Of a stretch of DNA of 64,000 nt, positions 41,585 through 55,379 are shown in pieces. Numbering within the stretch: the first letter of the stretch is position 1; each line of letters starts with the position of its first letter. The translations under genes and the position numbers were made by a program. The stretch comes from Eledone cirrhosa (lineage: Eukaryota): assembly GCA_964016885.1 (NCBI GenBank), contig OZ024743.1, positions 199,764,001 to 199,828,000 on the forward strand, written 5' to 3'. The notes below the pieces were generated by a model. That model saw only the letters and a list, made by a program, of their open reading frames with translations. It did not search any database and was not told the DNA's origin.

Positions 41585-41964
41585 CTATAGGGGGTGTCTA
41601 CTACTACATCAAAAAACTACCTTCGCAATGAGACGGCACCGAATTTAAAACCTAATTCTTTATTAGTGCATAAATCACTTGATATGTAAACACTGAAAGA
41701 ATACCTGATGTAAATATGAGTGTCAATCTTGACACCTATTGTGTAATACTGGCATCGGCTCTGTATGCCAAAACGTGAACCTGGTTCTCTGCACGCTCTA
41801 TCTTCTCAAAATAAAACCACTCACAGGTACTTCTTGTAAACACGTGCAATGTTAGCCACATTTGCTCGTTCATCGAATGACAGTCTTGTATGTATGTATG
41901 TATGTATGTATGTATGTATGTATGTATGTATGTATGTATGTATGTATGTATGTATTCATGTATG

Positions 41965-42395
41965 CAATGGCCATCCAAAATCACCGGGAGAGATGACCCC
42001 TTAGCCTTTGTCAAGGCAGAATTCTAGGAGAAGGAAAACTCTGATATAACACCTGCAACCCTGATGGTATCCAATGATGTTGACTTGTTCTTCTTTTTGG
42101 TAAATATCATCTTGGTTAAGAGAGTGGGACTGGCTGTGTGCAGTGCCTTTGCTCACTATAAAAGCTTCACGGCACAGGCATTGCTTTATATCTGGATATC
42201 TCTCTGCACTTGTCGCCACATGGTACCATGGGCCCAGCACTATGTGTCAATAATTGTCACAAGTGTAGTGTTTGTACCAGAGTTTTCAAGTCGCTGGCTG
42301 GACTAAAAAGTCACACTTGTTCAGCGCATAGGTAGGGGTTCTCCTACATGGATATAAAGTAGTGGTCGTACTCGAAAACGAGTTGGCAGCCACCA
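41965..42395 (+). mobile_element. RTE-derived non-autonomous element, 5'-truncated
   Basis: Near-identical to 18700-19131; (TATG)n on both sides. Confidence 0.85.
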
Positions 42396-42439
42396 TGTAT
42401 GCATGTATGCATGTATGTATGTATGTATGTATTTATGCT

Positions 42440-42739
42440 GTTGGAGATGCAATTCATCATGTTTGCTAAGCATATGGTAGAGAATGTAAATCAGCAGGAG
42501 GGCTCAAACGATATGCAAAAGTACATGAACTCCAACCACAGCCGGCTATTCCCAGTGAATGTTTTGGTTGCCAACTCTGTGCAAGACATTTTAGATTATT
42601 GGCTGGGCTAAAACGCCACATTCGATCGCAGCGCTGTTAATTGCTATCGTGTGCGTTTGTGTGTGTGTAGATATGTTTATGTGTGTGTATATATATATAT
42701 ATATGTATATTATTATTGTTGTCGTCGTTATTATTATTG

Positions 42740-42803
<64 letters not shown>

Positions 42804-42880
42804 CATTATGGTTTTTGGGTGTGTTTTTTAACCTCGTGCAATGGTCATACTCGATAACGAGGGAGCAGCCATCATGTATT
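42440..42880 (+). mobile_element. RTE-like LINE 3' end with two C2H2 zinc-finger remnants
   Basis: C*AYGRECKSAGGLKRYAKVH...CQLCARHFRLLAGLKRHIRSQ, then UTR with (TAT)n and ctcgataacgag stem-loop, TATG tail. Confidence 0.75.
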
Positions 42881-42896
42881 TATGTATGTATATTAT

Positions 42897-43300
42897 ATCA
42901 GGTCGCCCTTCAGCGCTTCTGGTAACATATAACAGTGTTCAACCTTGGAATGGTCGGGTTGCCGGTGACTAAACCGGCAACTCCACCTTGCTTGCTTGGT
43001 GAAGAGGGTAATTTTAGACACCATGCGTGACGAAAAACAAAACCCGTCGAAGGGCGGAGGAACTCAAGAGAGACAACAACCATCCAATAATTTTTTTTTT
43101 TTTTTTAGCAGCAAGAGACTCCTAGTCTTCATTAAGACATCTCTCTAGAAGAAGGTCACTTTGATATAAAACCTGCGATTTCGTTAGAATCCAATGATGT
43201 CGACCAGTTCTTCTTTTGGGGTAAATGCATTCGATGTTCAGGGAGTGGGATTGGCGCCGAACAAAGCCTTTCCTCACTTAAAAAAGCTTCAAGTTCAGGC
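42897..43300 (+). mobile_element. Diverged RTE-like 5'UTR element
   Basis: Homologous to 17942 and 18522 5' regions. Confidence 0.65.
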
Positions 43301-45673
43301 ACCGCTTGGTATGTTACATTTTTGGGATGCATGACACTGCTGGCATTAGGTAAGTCCCTAGCAGGACTAAAAAGCCCCGTCTGTGATGGTCATGCTTAAG
43401 TTTCAATGGATGTCATTAATCGAGCTGCAGCATGAATGTCCTTGAATCCTTTTCGTTGCGGACGGAAATCCTTAACCACATAACCACGCATGCGTTTGTG
43501 TGTGTGTGTGTGTTTGTGTGCGTGTGCGTGTGCGTGTGTGTGTGTGTGTATGTGTATTAGCACCGCCACTTAATCCAACAACGCCTCTAAAAACATATAA
43601 TAGCAATATATATTACATTTTCTTCCCTATAATATTTCACAAAGCTATTTCAAGAAGTTCGCTTCAGTTTACACCTGGCACCTCTCTGCAGGTCAACGTT
43701 GATATATATGAAACACATAGTACATATAGCACATGTAGCACAAATACGCACTAGATCCGACCGCCGCCTTATCACAACCACCCTCTACAGATCCACTTTT
43801 AATACAATGCTACTGACCTTTCGGGCCCTATGGCACTTGAAGAGTGCAGAATGGGGGAGTTCTACCCGATATGTGTTAACTATCCCTGTTAGCGTATTTG
43901 CATTATTGTTGACTCATGAGAAACGGTTAGGTGGGATATAGAAACTACCCTCTTAAGCAAGTTCCTCCACATCCCACAAACAAGCCAAACCCACAACATG
44001 ACTCTCTCAAATGATTCACTCATAGTTGAGTTGTAGCCGTTAATACAAATAACACGGACTATCAGGCCTGGAGAAAATCACGCACCGCTAAAACAACAGT
44101 GCAAACCAGGCATGACCATCATCCGAACCATCTAGAATGGTTACGTGTATCGTACAACCTACAGATTCTCCAGTCTCTCAAACTGGAGTCAATCCTTTGG
44201 TTCTTTGCCAAAATAATCTCTACAAACGTTCTCATCTATAATGGTTCAATAAGGAGAAAGCTTCCATATTTTCATCCTTGATAAATCTGGTGAAAACAAT
44301 GTTTTCGTCCAACACGTAAATATTCTGACAACATTGCTTATGTATGTCTTCCTTCAGTCTCTAGGCTCTAGGATCAATAGTTTTCTATTAAATCGCACCA
44401 TTGCCTCTTACTCCTATTTTATCAAATTAACTGTGTCACCACGTTCAGTTTTGTCTTTCTCACTCTTCCTCCTATACATTAATCACATACATACTGTAAC
44501 CTCTAAGAAGCCCCTCTCCACCCGCTAAACATTCTATAGCCCCTTATACCTCTCTAACATTCTACATTAAGTGATATTAGCATGTAGCCGAGACACCTCA
44601 CACCATATCTGCAAAAACAATGTTCAGTGTGTTCACGCATATCTTGTCTTTTTCAACAGTATAAAAACATCATCACTACATATATGAAGAAAATATTATA
44701 TTATTACTACTCTATATTGATATAAAATCAGTAGTACTTGTTGCGAACAATATATATATATCGCTAAACATCTTCGCCATATAATATTATCCAAAGCATT
44801 GGTCAGGGTTGTATGGTAGTATGGCAAGTCAAATGATTTGGCATGGGTGATTTTGAATTGTGTAATAGAAAATGCAGACTTAATAATTTTCTTGGTGTTG
44901 CCAGAACAAGAAATGTCAAAGATTAGGTCTGTCGGTTGAAATTATTTTATTTGTGAGAATGGGACGCATAACTGGAAAACAAAAAGTAGAGGGCATATTT
45001 TAGAGCTCTAAGTAACCAGGCTTCGACTCTCGGTAATAGAGTTTCTGTTGGTGATGGTGATGATGACTGATTTCGTGTTCAATGATGGCGGCATTTGCAG
45101 TTCACTGTGAGGACATAAGGTATTCAGTCCCAGAAGGAATTTCATACCAAAAATATCACATGAATACACTTATATTTGCCCCAGTTGCGGCTAATATTAT
45201 CACTTCATACCCTTCACCACCACACTGATTTCACAGTTACCAAGAGGCATTGCTGTGGAAATTGAAAGTTCCTTAGTGAAATTCCAGGTATAATAACCAA
45301 CGTGGTGCTTTAACTAATGTACTTTGTGGGTGGCAAAGTGGTCAGGCTGTATTTTGTTAGCATTCGTTCAGTATTTTCCCCTAGGTCACTTTATTATCAA
45401 CATCAAAACACTAAGATGGATCCCTCTGGCCTGTTGATCTATCATCCTCAAAAGAAAATTCTGTGTGGGTGGGAATTATGTATCCTGACCTCAACGCTGA
45501 ACTCTTGTTGAAAAATGTATACTAAAGCTTTCATGAACCACCCCTTGCTAACGTTCGATACGGATTTATGAGGATACCTGATGGTTATTAACAAATAACA
45601 AAAGCAATAACAACTAACTTAAAGATAAAATCTTCAACAAATTTTCGTTTCTATGTATATAAATATAAATATA

Positions 45674-45817
<144 letters not shown>

Positions 45818-46159
45818 CACATATATATATACATTCATACATACATGTATATATTTATAGATATACATACACACACATGTATATATATATATATTATATA
45901 TATATATATATATATAGAACCTTCTCGAGAAAATAGAGTGCAAGTGGCTAAGCTTTCCAAGGCAGGTGTACCCTTAATGTAGTTCTCTCGGGGAGATAGG
46001 GAGATTCAGAGTGTTACGGGGTGTAAGTCGGGCGGTTCTTTGAATTACAAGTACAAATCATTAACATTTTCAACTGAGTGTACTGGAATTAATGTAGACT
46101 ACAGTGTCTTGCTCGAGGACACAAATAGCTCGAATTAAAGACCTCCCGGATTGAGTCAC

Positions 46160-46968
46160 AGTGGATTGGCAGTATCGGTAGAGGGTCGGACGCCATGCTT
46201 TGACGCATAGAGTTACGGCCCTTTATAGTCTGAGTTCAAATCCCGCCGAGGTTAACTTTGCCGTTCATCCTTACGGGGTCGATAAAATAAAGTACCAGTA
46301 ATGCACTGGGTAATTGCTGGCCTTGTGCCTAAAGTAGAAACAACTATTATTGGAGTGGCAGTATCGGTAGAAGGTCGGACGCTATGCTTTGCAACATAGA
46401 GTTACAGCCCTTAACGGTCTAAGTTCTGATCCCGTCGAGGTTAACTTTGCCTTTCACCCTTACGGGATCGATAAAATAAAGCACTGGCCTTGTGTCAAAA
46501 TAAAGCACTGGCCTTGTGACAAAAGTAGAAACAATTACTATTGGATTGGTAGTATCGATTAAGCATCGGACAACCTGCTTACTAGCATTGAATTACGGCG
46601 CTTTATGTTCTGAGGTCAAATCCTGCCGTAATTAGCTTTACATTTCATACTTACGGTCGATAAAATAAAGTACTAATCATGAACTGGTGTCGATTTACTC
46701 GACTTTGCCCTCCCCCAAAATTGCTGGCCTTGTGCCTATATAAGAAACCATTATTATTATTAGTAGTAGTAGTAGGGCGGTGGATTGGCAGTATCGGTAG
46801 AGGGTCGGATGCCATGCTTTGCAGCATAGAGTTACGGTTCTTTATGATCTGAGTTCAAATCCTGCCGAGGTTAACTTTCCCTTTCATCCTTACGGAATCG
46901 ATAAAATAAAGTACGAGTAATGTACTGGGTAATTGCTGGCCTTGTGCCTAACGTAGAAACAATTATTA
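46160..46968 (+). mobile_element. Four head-to-tail SINE family A copies
   Basis: Copies at about 46160, 46352, 46543, 46775; second has an internal 24-bp duplication. Confidence 0.9.
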
Positions 46969-47395
46969 TAACTAGTAGTATTAGTTGTAGTAGTAGTAGT
47001 AGTACTAGTAGTAGTTGTTGTTGTAGTAGTAGTAGTAGTCCAGGGTTGAAACATTTTCCGTGAATTCATTTCGCGACCCTTATCTAAGTAAAAAAATACA
47101 AAAAACCATCAACAGCCTCAACTAGGGTCTGCCTCATCAGATTTTTTAAATGTGTTCTTTTTTTGCTTTTTCTTTGTTCAATCCCTTCCTCCGTTGTACT
47201 TGATGGTCGGTTGGATGTCCACGAGGGACCATATTTAGCTTCGAAAAAATATATAATCAGATTTATGATAATAAAATTTGATAAGATAGCTAGTCCATTT
47301 TGGTCTTTCTTTCTTCTCTCTATAAACTACTTCTAGCTCCCTGCTAGGCTGTATATCTGACTATTTCTTTCACCCCCCCCCCTTTCTCCCCCCCC

Positions 47396-47450
<55 letters not shown>

Positions 47451-47582
47451 TATATCTATATCTATATATATATATATATATACACTTAACGGGGACTTCT
47501 GAAAATAGATCAGTTGGGACTTTGAAGAAAAAATAGATATATTTTTGTCTATTATTTCCTCATATTTTGTAATTTGATACAC

Positions 47583-47616
<34 letters not shown>

Positions 47617-47617
47617 C

Positions 47618-47655
<38 letters not shown>

Positions 47656-47661
<6 letters not shown>

Positions 47662-47942
47662 AAATTTCGCTCTTCATGGCTGAATACAATAAATGTAATC
47701 TAAGTTTTTCGAATATTAATAATTGTTTCTACTTTAGGCACAAGGCCAGCAATTACCCAGTACATTACTGGTACTTTATTTTATCGACCCCGTAAGGATG
47801 AAAGGCAAAGTTAACCTCGGCGGGATTTGAACTCAGACTGTAAAGGGACGTAACTATGCTATTAATAATAACATTCGATTCGCTTGCAATTTTGCAAACA
47901 AGCCTCATGCCAGGAGAATGAACACTTCATTCTTGCTCTTAT
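47656..47942. mobile_element. (TA)n-associated element (homologue of 20936-21070) interrupted by truncated SINE A
   Basis: aaagaaaatttcgctc...tattaataat[SINE 47720-47858, minus]tattaataataacattcgattcg...cattcttgctctt. Confidence 0.8.
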
Positions 47943-47954
47943 GTTATATATAAT

Positions 47955-48548
47955 GTAGGCTTTGTTAACAAACGGCTAGCGAATTTGAAAATTAGGTAGT
48001 AACATGTGCTTACGCCGCATTTTACTACATCGAAGTAGTCGGTTAGTTGGGATTCATTTTTTAAATCCCTCTGAATGGAAAAATAAGGTGTAATTGTTAT
48101 ACATTGGTCCAGCAAACCAAAGATGTGGGTTCGTGTCCCATGGACTTCAGTACTCATCCTTTTTTCCATTCGGAGTGTTTTTTTTTAAAATCCCAACTAA
48201 CAGACTAATTCTATTTAGTCAAATGTTGCGTGAACACATGTTTACCTAATTTTCAAATTCGCTAGCCTGCTTTTTGTCTCGACATTTATATACATATATA
48301 TATACCTGCTATGGTTATATAGCTTCTAATTGAGCGGTAAGAAGCATAGTTTGGCTTGTTGGTGTAATGGTGACACAGTGGTCCGGCAAACAGAGGATGT
48401 GGGTTCGTATACCATGTACGGTAATACTCATCCTTTTTTTTTCTATTCAGAGGGTTTTTAAAAAAATCCTAACAGACTAATTCTATGTAGGCAAATGCGG
48501 CGTAAGCACTGTGTCGTTTGGTTTGGTATTTTTGTCTCTTAATGCTTA
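47955..48548 (+). mobile_element. Two family T tRNA-headed elements
   Basis: First (47955-48285) has an inverted arm ggctagcgaatttgaaaattaggta / tacctaattttcaaattcgctagcc; second head at about 48352 with no clear inverted arm. Confidence 0.7.
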
Positions 48549-49094
48549 TATATGTGTGCGATTAGTGTGTTTGTATATTTGTATGTGTGTGTTTGTGTAT
48601 GTGTGTATGTACATTTTAACTTTCAAGTTAAAACGTTGTCATCAAGTTTGCTTTCCCTTTCAAATGTAAGTTTAATGTTATTGTCATTATTATTGTGGTG
48701 GTTTTAACACTTTTACTCATCTCTTGGTTGAAACTGTCCTTTCGGTTCCAGTTGAAAATATTCGTTGAGATGCATACACACGCACACACACATTCACACA
48801 GACACACACACACACGCACGCACGCACGCACGCACGCACACACGCACACACGCACACACGCACACACGCACACACATACACACACACACAATTATATATA
48901 CACATAATAAATGTGAAGATCTCGTTAAGGGTGAAAGCAGCGATTCTTTGTTTAAACTTTAATCTGTTCTTATAATGAATATATATATATACATACATAT
49001 ACATACATACATATACATACATACATACATACATACATACATACATACATACATACATACATACATACATACATACATACATACATACATACAT

Positions 49095-49879
49095 AATAGA
49101 CTTCCCTGATGACGAAAGGCTTCTCCGTACACTTCTTCGGAAAGTATGTTTATTCCCTTTCAGAAACTAATTAGTTGGGAGTGAAATTTCAGTAAGTAAG
49201 TTAATTTTATAATTTTCTTATTTTACGTCTCTCATATTATTGTTCTGCAACCCCATGCATTGAACCACAAAGTTACTAAGACAAAACCTATATATTTGCT
49301 AGCATAAGTATGCATCTGTGTATATATATGTTACTAGATATACTAATTCTTTATAATTATCTCCAAATTATTTGTCGAGCAAAAATTGGCCAAAACTACT
49401 GCTATAGCAACAGTCCGGCTGCTGTCTTCTTAACAAACCACTCTCCATTGATTGACCTCGATGTCACGTGATTGATTCTTTTGAATTTGCCACCGACACA
49501 GTAGGCAGTGATTTTCTCAATGGCTTGGAATTTAGTCCACGCTTTGCTTTTTTCCATCCACTGAATTATTTTTGTATAAGTTCCCTGTGTCCACGTATTG
49601 CCTGGAAACTTAGTTGAGAATAGACTTCCCTGATGACGAAAGGCTTCTCCGTACACTTCTTCGGAAAGTATGTTTATTCCCTTTCAGAAACTAATTAGTT
49701 GGGAGTGAAATTTTAGTAAGTAAGTTAATTTTATAATTTTCTTAGTTTACGTCTCTCATATTATTGTTCTGCAACCCCATGCATTGAACCACAAAGTTAC
49801 TAAGACAAAACCTATCTATTTGCTAGCATAAGTATGCATCTGTGTATATATATGTTACTAGATATACTAATTCTTTATA
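49095..49879 (+). mobile_element. Retrozyme/Penelope pLTR-like partial tandem: two 261-bp direct repeats, each with a hammerhead, period 524 bp
   Basis: 49095-49355 equals 49619-49879 with about 3 substitutions; non-coding spacer; (CATA)n upstream and (TA)n downstream. Confidence 0.8.
49100..49182 (+). ncRNA. Type I hammerhead ribozyme with extended stem II (second copy 49624-49706)
   Basis: acttcc CTGATGA c gaaagg...cctttc a GAAA ctaattag TT gggagt; palindromic stem III; predicted cuts after 49176 and 49700. Confidence 0.75.
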
Positions 49880-50126
49880 TATATCTATATATATATACTT
49901 ATTTATGTATACACTTACACACACACATATATATCTTTAGTTTATATAGAAATGACTTCTACATTTTTATTCGCATGAGTGGGGGAGGCGTCGTATCTTA
50001 TCGATTTTTCATGGCATAGAAGATATATTCAAAAGGTTTTTTTAGAAATTTTTAGCTTCTAATTTTTTTTGTACAAAATACTCATATATATCCATGAGTA
50101 AAATTATATTATATATAAATATAATG

Positions 50127-50163
<37 letters not shown>

Positions 50164-50164
50164 G

Positions 50165-50202
<38 letters not shown>

Positions 50203-50273
50203 ATGGAATACTGTTGGCTTCTTGCTACAATAATTTCTATAATTTTCATTTATAAATATATATACATATATAT

Positions 50274-50304
<31 letters not shown>

Positions 50305-50372
50305 CATACATATATATACGTATATGTATATATACATATATATACGTATATGTATATATACATATATATACA

Positions 50373-50440
<68 letters not shown>

Positions 50441-50486
50441 TATATACACACACACATATATATATATAATATATATATGTATGGAT

Positions 50487-50549
<63 letters not shown>

Positions 50550-50894
50550 TATATATAATATATATATATAATATATATATATATACAGTTGTGCGTGTGC
50601 GTGTGTGCGTTTGTGCGTGTGTACGTTTACATGTGTGTGTATGCATATTTTTATGCAAGTGTGCGCATGTATATAAGATGCTGCAGGGCACGGTAATGCT
50701 AATGGATGCTGATGTTAATTCCCGCCTAAGATCTCGGACAGCTTATCCGGGGATGAATTAATATCGACTGTGTAATTCGATTATCTCCTTAGTATCGTGT
50801 CTAATCGATCGGAAAATGGACATCATTTAGAGAGTAATATAACATGTAAGAGAGAGGAGGGCGGTAATGTGAGAGAAGTGATGGGATGGTTGTG

Positions 50895-51078
50895 GTGACG
50901 ATGATGATGATGATGACGATGACTACGACTACGACGATGACGATGGCACTGAGGACGATGATGATGATAATAACGTGGGTGTGTGTGTGTGGGTGTGTGG
51001 GGGGGGGGGTAATGAATGCGACGCGTGATAACAATGACGACGATGAGGATGATGACGACAAGTACGAAGATGACATCA

Positions 51079-51120
<42 letters not shown>

Positions 51121-51422
51121 GTTATGATGATGATACTGATCATGACGACAAGGAGGAAGGTGACGACAATGATGATGATGATGTCGACAATGATGATGAT
51201 AATGATGATATGGATGAAGATGATGATGATGATGGTGATGATGATGGTGAAGAGGATAATGATGAGAAGGATGAGAATGACGATGATGGCGATGATGATG
51301 ATGATGATGATGACGATGATAGAAATGATGATAATGATGAGAAGGATGACTATGGCGATGATGATGATGATGATGAAGATGATGATGATGGTGGTGGTGG
51401 TGGTGGTGGTGGTGATGATAAT
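50895..51422. repeat. (GAT)n degenerate trinucleotide array
   Basis: Direct reading; source of poly-Asp/poly-Met ORFs. Confidence 0.92.
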
Positions 51423-51908
51423 GCTAAGAAATCGAACACCATTAAGAATTTAAGAGTATAATAATTTTATTATTGTTATTACTATTATTCAATAATTCAA
51501 TAGAAAGTGAGGAGAAAGATCATTCGATTTATATTTTTATCTCCCCTGCCCTGTCGGAATAATTTCCAACATTGGTGTTAAAATGGCGGAGGAACAAAGA
51601 TAGAAATTACATGGGCGGAGTGTTATATGTATTTGTGTATTTCTGTGTATATTTGTTTGTTTGCGTGTGTTTCTATGTATGTGGGTGTACATGTGTGTAA
51701 GTTTGTAAATGTGTGTATATATGTAAGGGTGCATGTGTATATGTGTGTGTGTATGTGCGTTTTGAAGAGAGAACAAGCTGCAAGCAGAATAAAACAAAAT
51801 GGCCGATGAAGTATTAATGGAAATGGTGGGGGCGTGAGGTAAATTCCATGAAGAAGGAGAAGAAATAACACCCTATACATATTCTCATGTTTGTTAGAGG
51901 CATAAACA

Positions 51909-51992
<84 letters not shown>

Positions 51993-52204
51993 TATATAGA
52001 TATAGATATAGATATATATTTGTATATATGAACCCCAGATTCAATCCGGGGGTACCACAGTTATTAAGGGACTTAATATATTAGTAATGTAAACATCAAG
52101 TTTAATATAGAAATGACTTCTACAGAATTAGAATTGTTTCATTCTAAAGAAAGCCATTTCTACATTAAACTTGATATACATATGTATACACACACACATA
52201 TATG

Positions 52205-52275
<71 letters not shown>

Positions 52276-52742
52276 GAAAATATAGAAATTATTGTGAGCT
52301 AGAAGCCAACAGTATTTCATAATATATATATATATATATATATAAGTAGAGAGAGAGAGGAAGAGAGAGAGAGAGAGATAGTTATTCCTTTTCAATATTT
52401 TGAATTCCTTCTATAAAGAATTCGAACGAAAACAACAATCACTACCATTATATTTTAACCACCCACAACAACATTACAATGTTATGAGCCATACTTATTA
52501 CAAAGTCGTTCATCTTTTCATGTGTATCAATTTTCAGATTAAATATGCAGATAAATTGTTAAATTATCTTTTACTTTGCTTGAAAACGCCAATGTCGTAT
52601 GGTAATCATTTAAGTATTTGGTAATATAATTATATGGCCAAATAATTACCGTTTCAAATATAAATCCAGACTGAGATGATATATCTTTTAAAGCAGTTGA
52701 CTTTTAATGTGAATAAATAGCAGGCATTAATTGATCATTTCC

Positions 52743-52972
52743 TTGCAGTAGAGTTTAATGTTATTCATATCAAATCAGTGAGAAGGTAGGCATTATTATA
52801 TAGTATCGGTAGAGGGTCGGACATGCTTTCCAGCATAGTTACGTCCCTTTACGATCTGAATTCAAATCCCGCCGAGGTTGACTTTGCCTTTCATCCTTAC
52901 GGGGTCGATAAAATAAAGTACCAGTAATGCACTGGGTAATTGCTGGCCTTGTGCCTAAAGTAGAAACAATTA
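52743..52972 (+). mobile_element. SINE family A with captured 58-nt 5' flank, 19-bp TSD
   Basis: attaattgatcatttcctt at 52726-52744 and 52969-52987. Confidence 0.85.
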
Positions 52973-53321
52973 ATTGATCATTTCCTTTAGGTATCGGTGG
53001 ACATTGAAACTTATGGTGCCCTCAGTGTCTGAACTACTGTTTTCTTCAGTCCAATCATGAGGGGGACATCACACCGGAAGCATCAGCCATTCAAACGCCT
53101 CGTTGCAATGCTTTCGCCATCTTGTCCGCGGTTCGCAGTTGAGGCATCCCGCTCAGTAAACGGGGTAGAATTTGTCCCTTTCCCATCCCTCCTTTCTTTT
53201 TGAAATATTTTCTTTTTCTTTCAATTTTTCTATCTTTTTGTCCCTTTCGTAAATTTCTGTCCAAATTTTGAGGGGTTTAAGTTTAAGTTTACCATTTCTT
53301 CAGTTTTAATATTGCTATGTA

Positions 53322-53492
53322 ATAATTATTTCTACTTTTAGCAAAAGGCCAGCAATTACCCAGTACATTACTGGTACTTTATTTTATCGACCTCGTAAGG
53401 ATGAAAGGCAAAGTTAACCTCGGCGGGATTTGAATTCAGATCGTAAAGGGACGTAACTATGCTGGAAAGCATGTCCGACCCTCTACCGATAC
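53322..53492 (-). mobile_element. SINE family A
   Basis: Flanked by ctat(g/a)taataat; same 5' truncation as the 52801 copy. Confidence 0.88.
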
Positions 53493-53596
53493 TATATAAT
53501 AATGCCTACCTTCTCACTGATTTGATATGAATAACGTTAAACTCTACTGCAATATCAACTACCCATTCTCGCGTGATTCCATGGACAGACACACAG

Positions 53597-53681
<85 letters not shown>

Positions 53682-54869
53682 CACACACACATATATATAT
53701 ATATATATATTTGTCACTAATATACTTGGACACCTAAATTAAAAGAATAAGAGAAACATTTAAAACATAGTTTAACTAATGCGAAAACATCCATTTGCTA
53801 TTTGCTACTTCTTAATTGTTAAGTTGACAGTCGGTTATAATGGGTGAGTGAGAGAGGAAGATAGAGATGAGAGAAACAACGAAGGAGAATTAGTGAAATG
53901 AAGAGGGGAAAGAAGCTAAGGAGAGCGAGAGAGCAATACTGATATTGTAATATCAAAAGAGAAAAAGGAGATGTAGATCATGTTATGGGAAGAACTTGTA
54001 TGGAAGGGAAAGAGAGCGTAAGAAAGAGAGAAAATGAGAGAGATGGAGAGAATTATGAGGAGGGAATTTTAGTATGGGGGAGAATAAACTGCGAGGGAGG
54101 GTGTAAGGCGAATTGGAGGTGTAGTGGTGTGTTCGAAGTGATACGAGTGGGTAGTTTTTCCCGTGTGGGAGTGGCGTTCAGAATTTAAAGGAATGATACT
54201 AGGAAAGGAAATAGTTTGTGTTGGAAAACGATGTTTACCGGAAATGGAAGGTGTGACAAGTGAAAGAAGGTGGACATGCGTCGCTGAACCAAAACGTAAG
54301 AAAGGTGGATGAAGGAATGAACGAATGGAGTAGATGAAAAAAAATCACAGGAACTAAAGTCTGAATCAAAGACGATGTGACATGTAGAAATATATAGTTA
54401 GAAAGAAAGAGAAAGAAAGAAAGAATGAATGAATGAAAGAAAGAAAGAAAGACAAAAATATATAAAGAAAGAATATTAGAGAATCAAAGAAAAGAAACGG
54501 AAAAGAACAGAAAGAAATGAGAAAAGAAGGCACGAAAAGAAAAACGGGGGTGGGGACTAGTGCAGGGGAAAGAGAGAAAAGGGAAAGAAATTATATAAAT
54601 AAAAAAAAACAGAAACAAAAAGAAGCATAGAAGACGAAAAAAGGAAAAGAGGAAAAGAAGTAAAGAAAGGTAACGTAATATTGCTGAGGATGAAAGGATT
54701 GTACACAAGATTCTCAGATTTCTTTAAATGGATCTGGACAAAGGTATAACAGTTTCAAGATGTTTCAATAAATTCATAGGATCACAGACAGATCTTAGTT
54801 ACTCTGGAGATATAGTTAGTATCCAAAAGATTTTCATAACTGGAATTATAGATAGATATGGATCTCGAA

Positions 54870-55340
54870 TTGAAGCACAAGGCCAGTAAATTTGAGGGAA
54901 GGGCAACCGCATAACTTGACTGGTGCTTTATTTTATTGACACTGGAATGAGGAAAGGTGAAGTGGATCTTGGTGGGATTTCAATTCAGAATGTAAAGATC
55001 TAGAACAAATACCATAATATCATTTTATCCGATGCTCTACTGATTCTGCCAATTACCCTCCATTCATCTTTATAAATATTTCTATAAGGGCTCTTTATAA
55101 TAATTGTTTCTACTTTTGGCACAAGGCAAGCAATTTCCCCAGTGCATGACTGGTACTTTATTTTATCGACCCCGCAAAGTTAACCTCGGCGAGATTTGAA
55201 CTCAGACAGTAAAGGGACGTAACTCTATGCCGCGAAGCATATTGTCCGACGCTCTACAGATACTGCCAATCCATCGCTGAAGGCTTTCTTTCAAAATGTT
55301 TATTCATAAACATAACGTATTTCGCTAGATACACACACAC

Positions 55341-55379
<39 letters not shown>

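Noticed and set aside
50707-50766. Imperfect hairpin as a pre-miRNA
   Set aside because: Pairing is interrupted and no match to a miRNA I recognise
50886-51461. Poly-Asp ORF resembling acidic biomineral proteins
   Set aside because: (GAT)n array with embedded (GT)n and G run, no signal peptide or exon evidence
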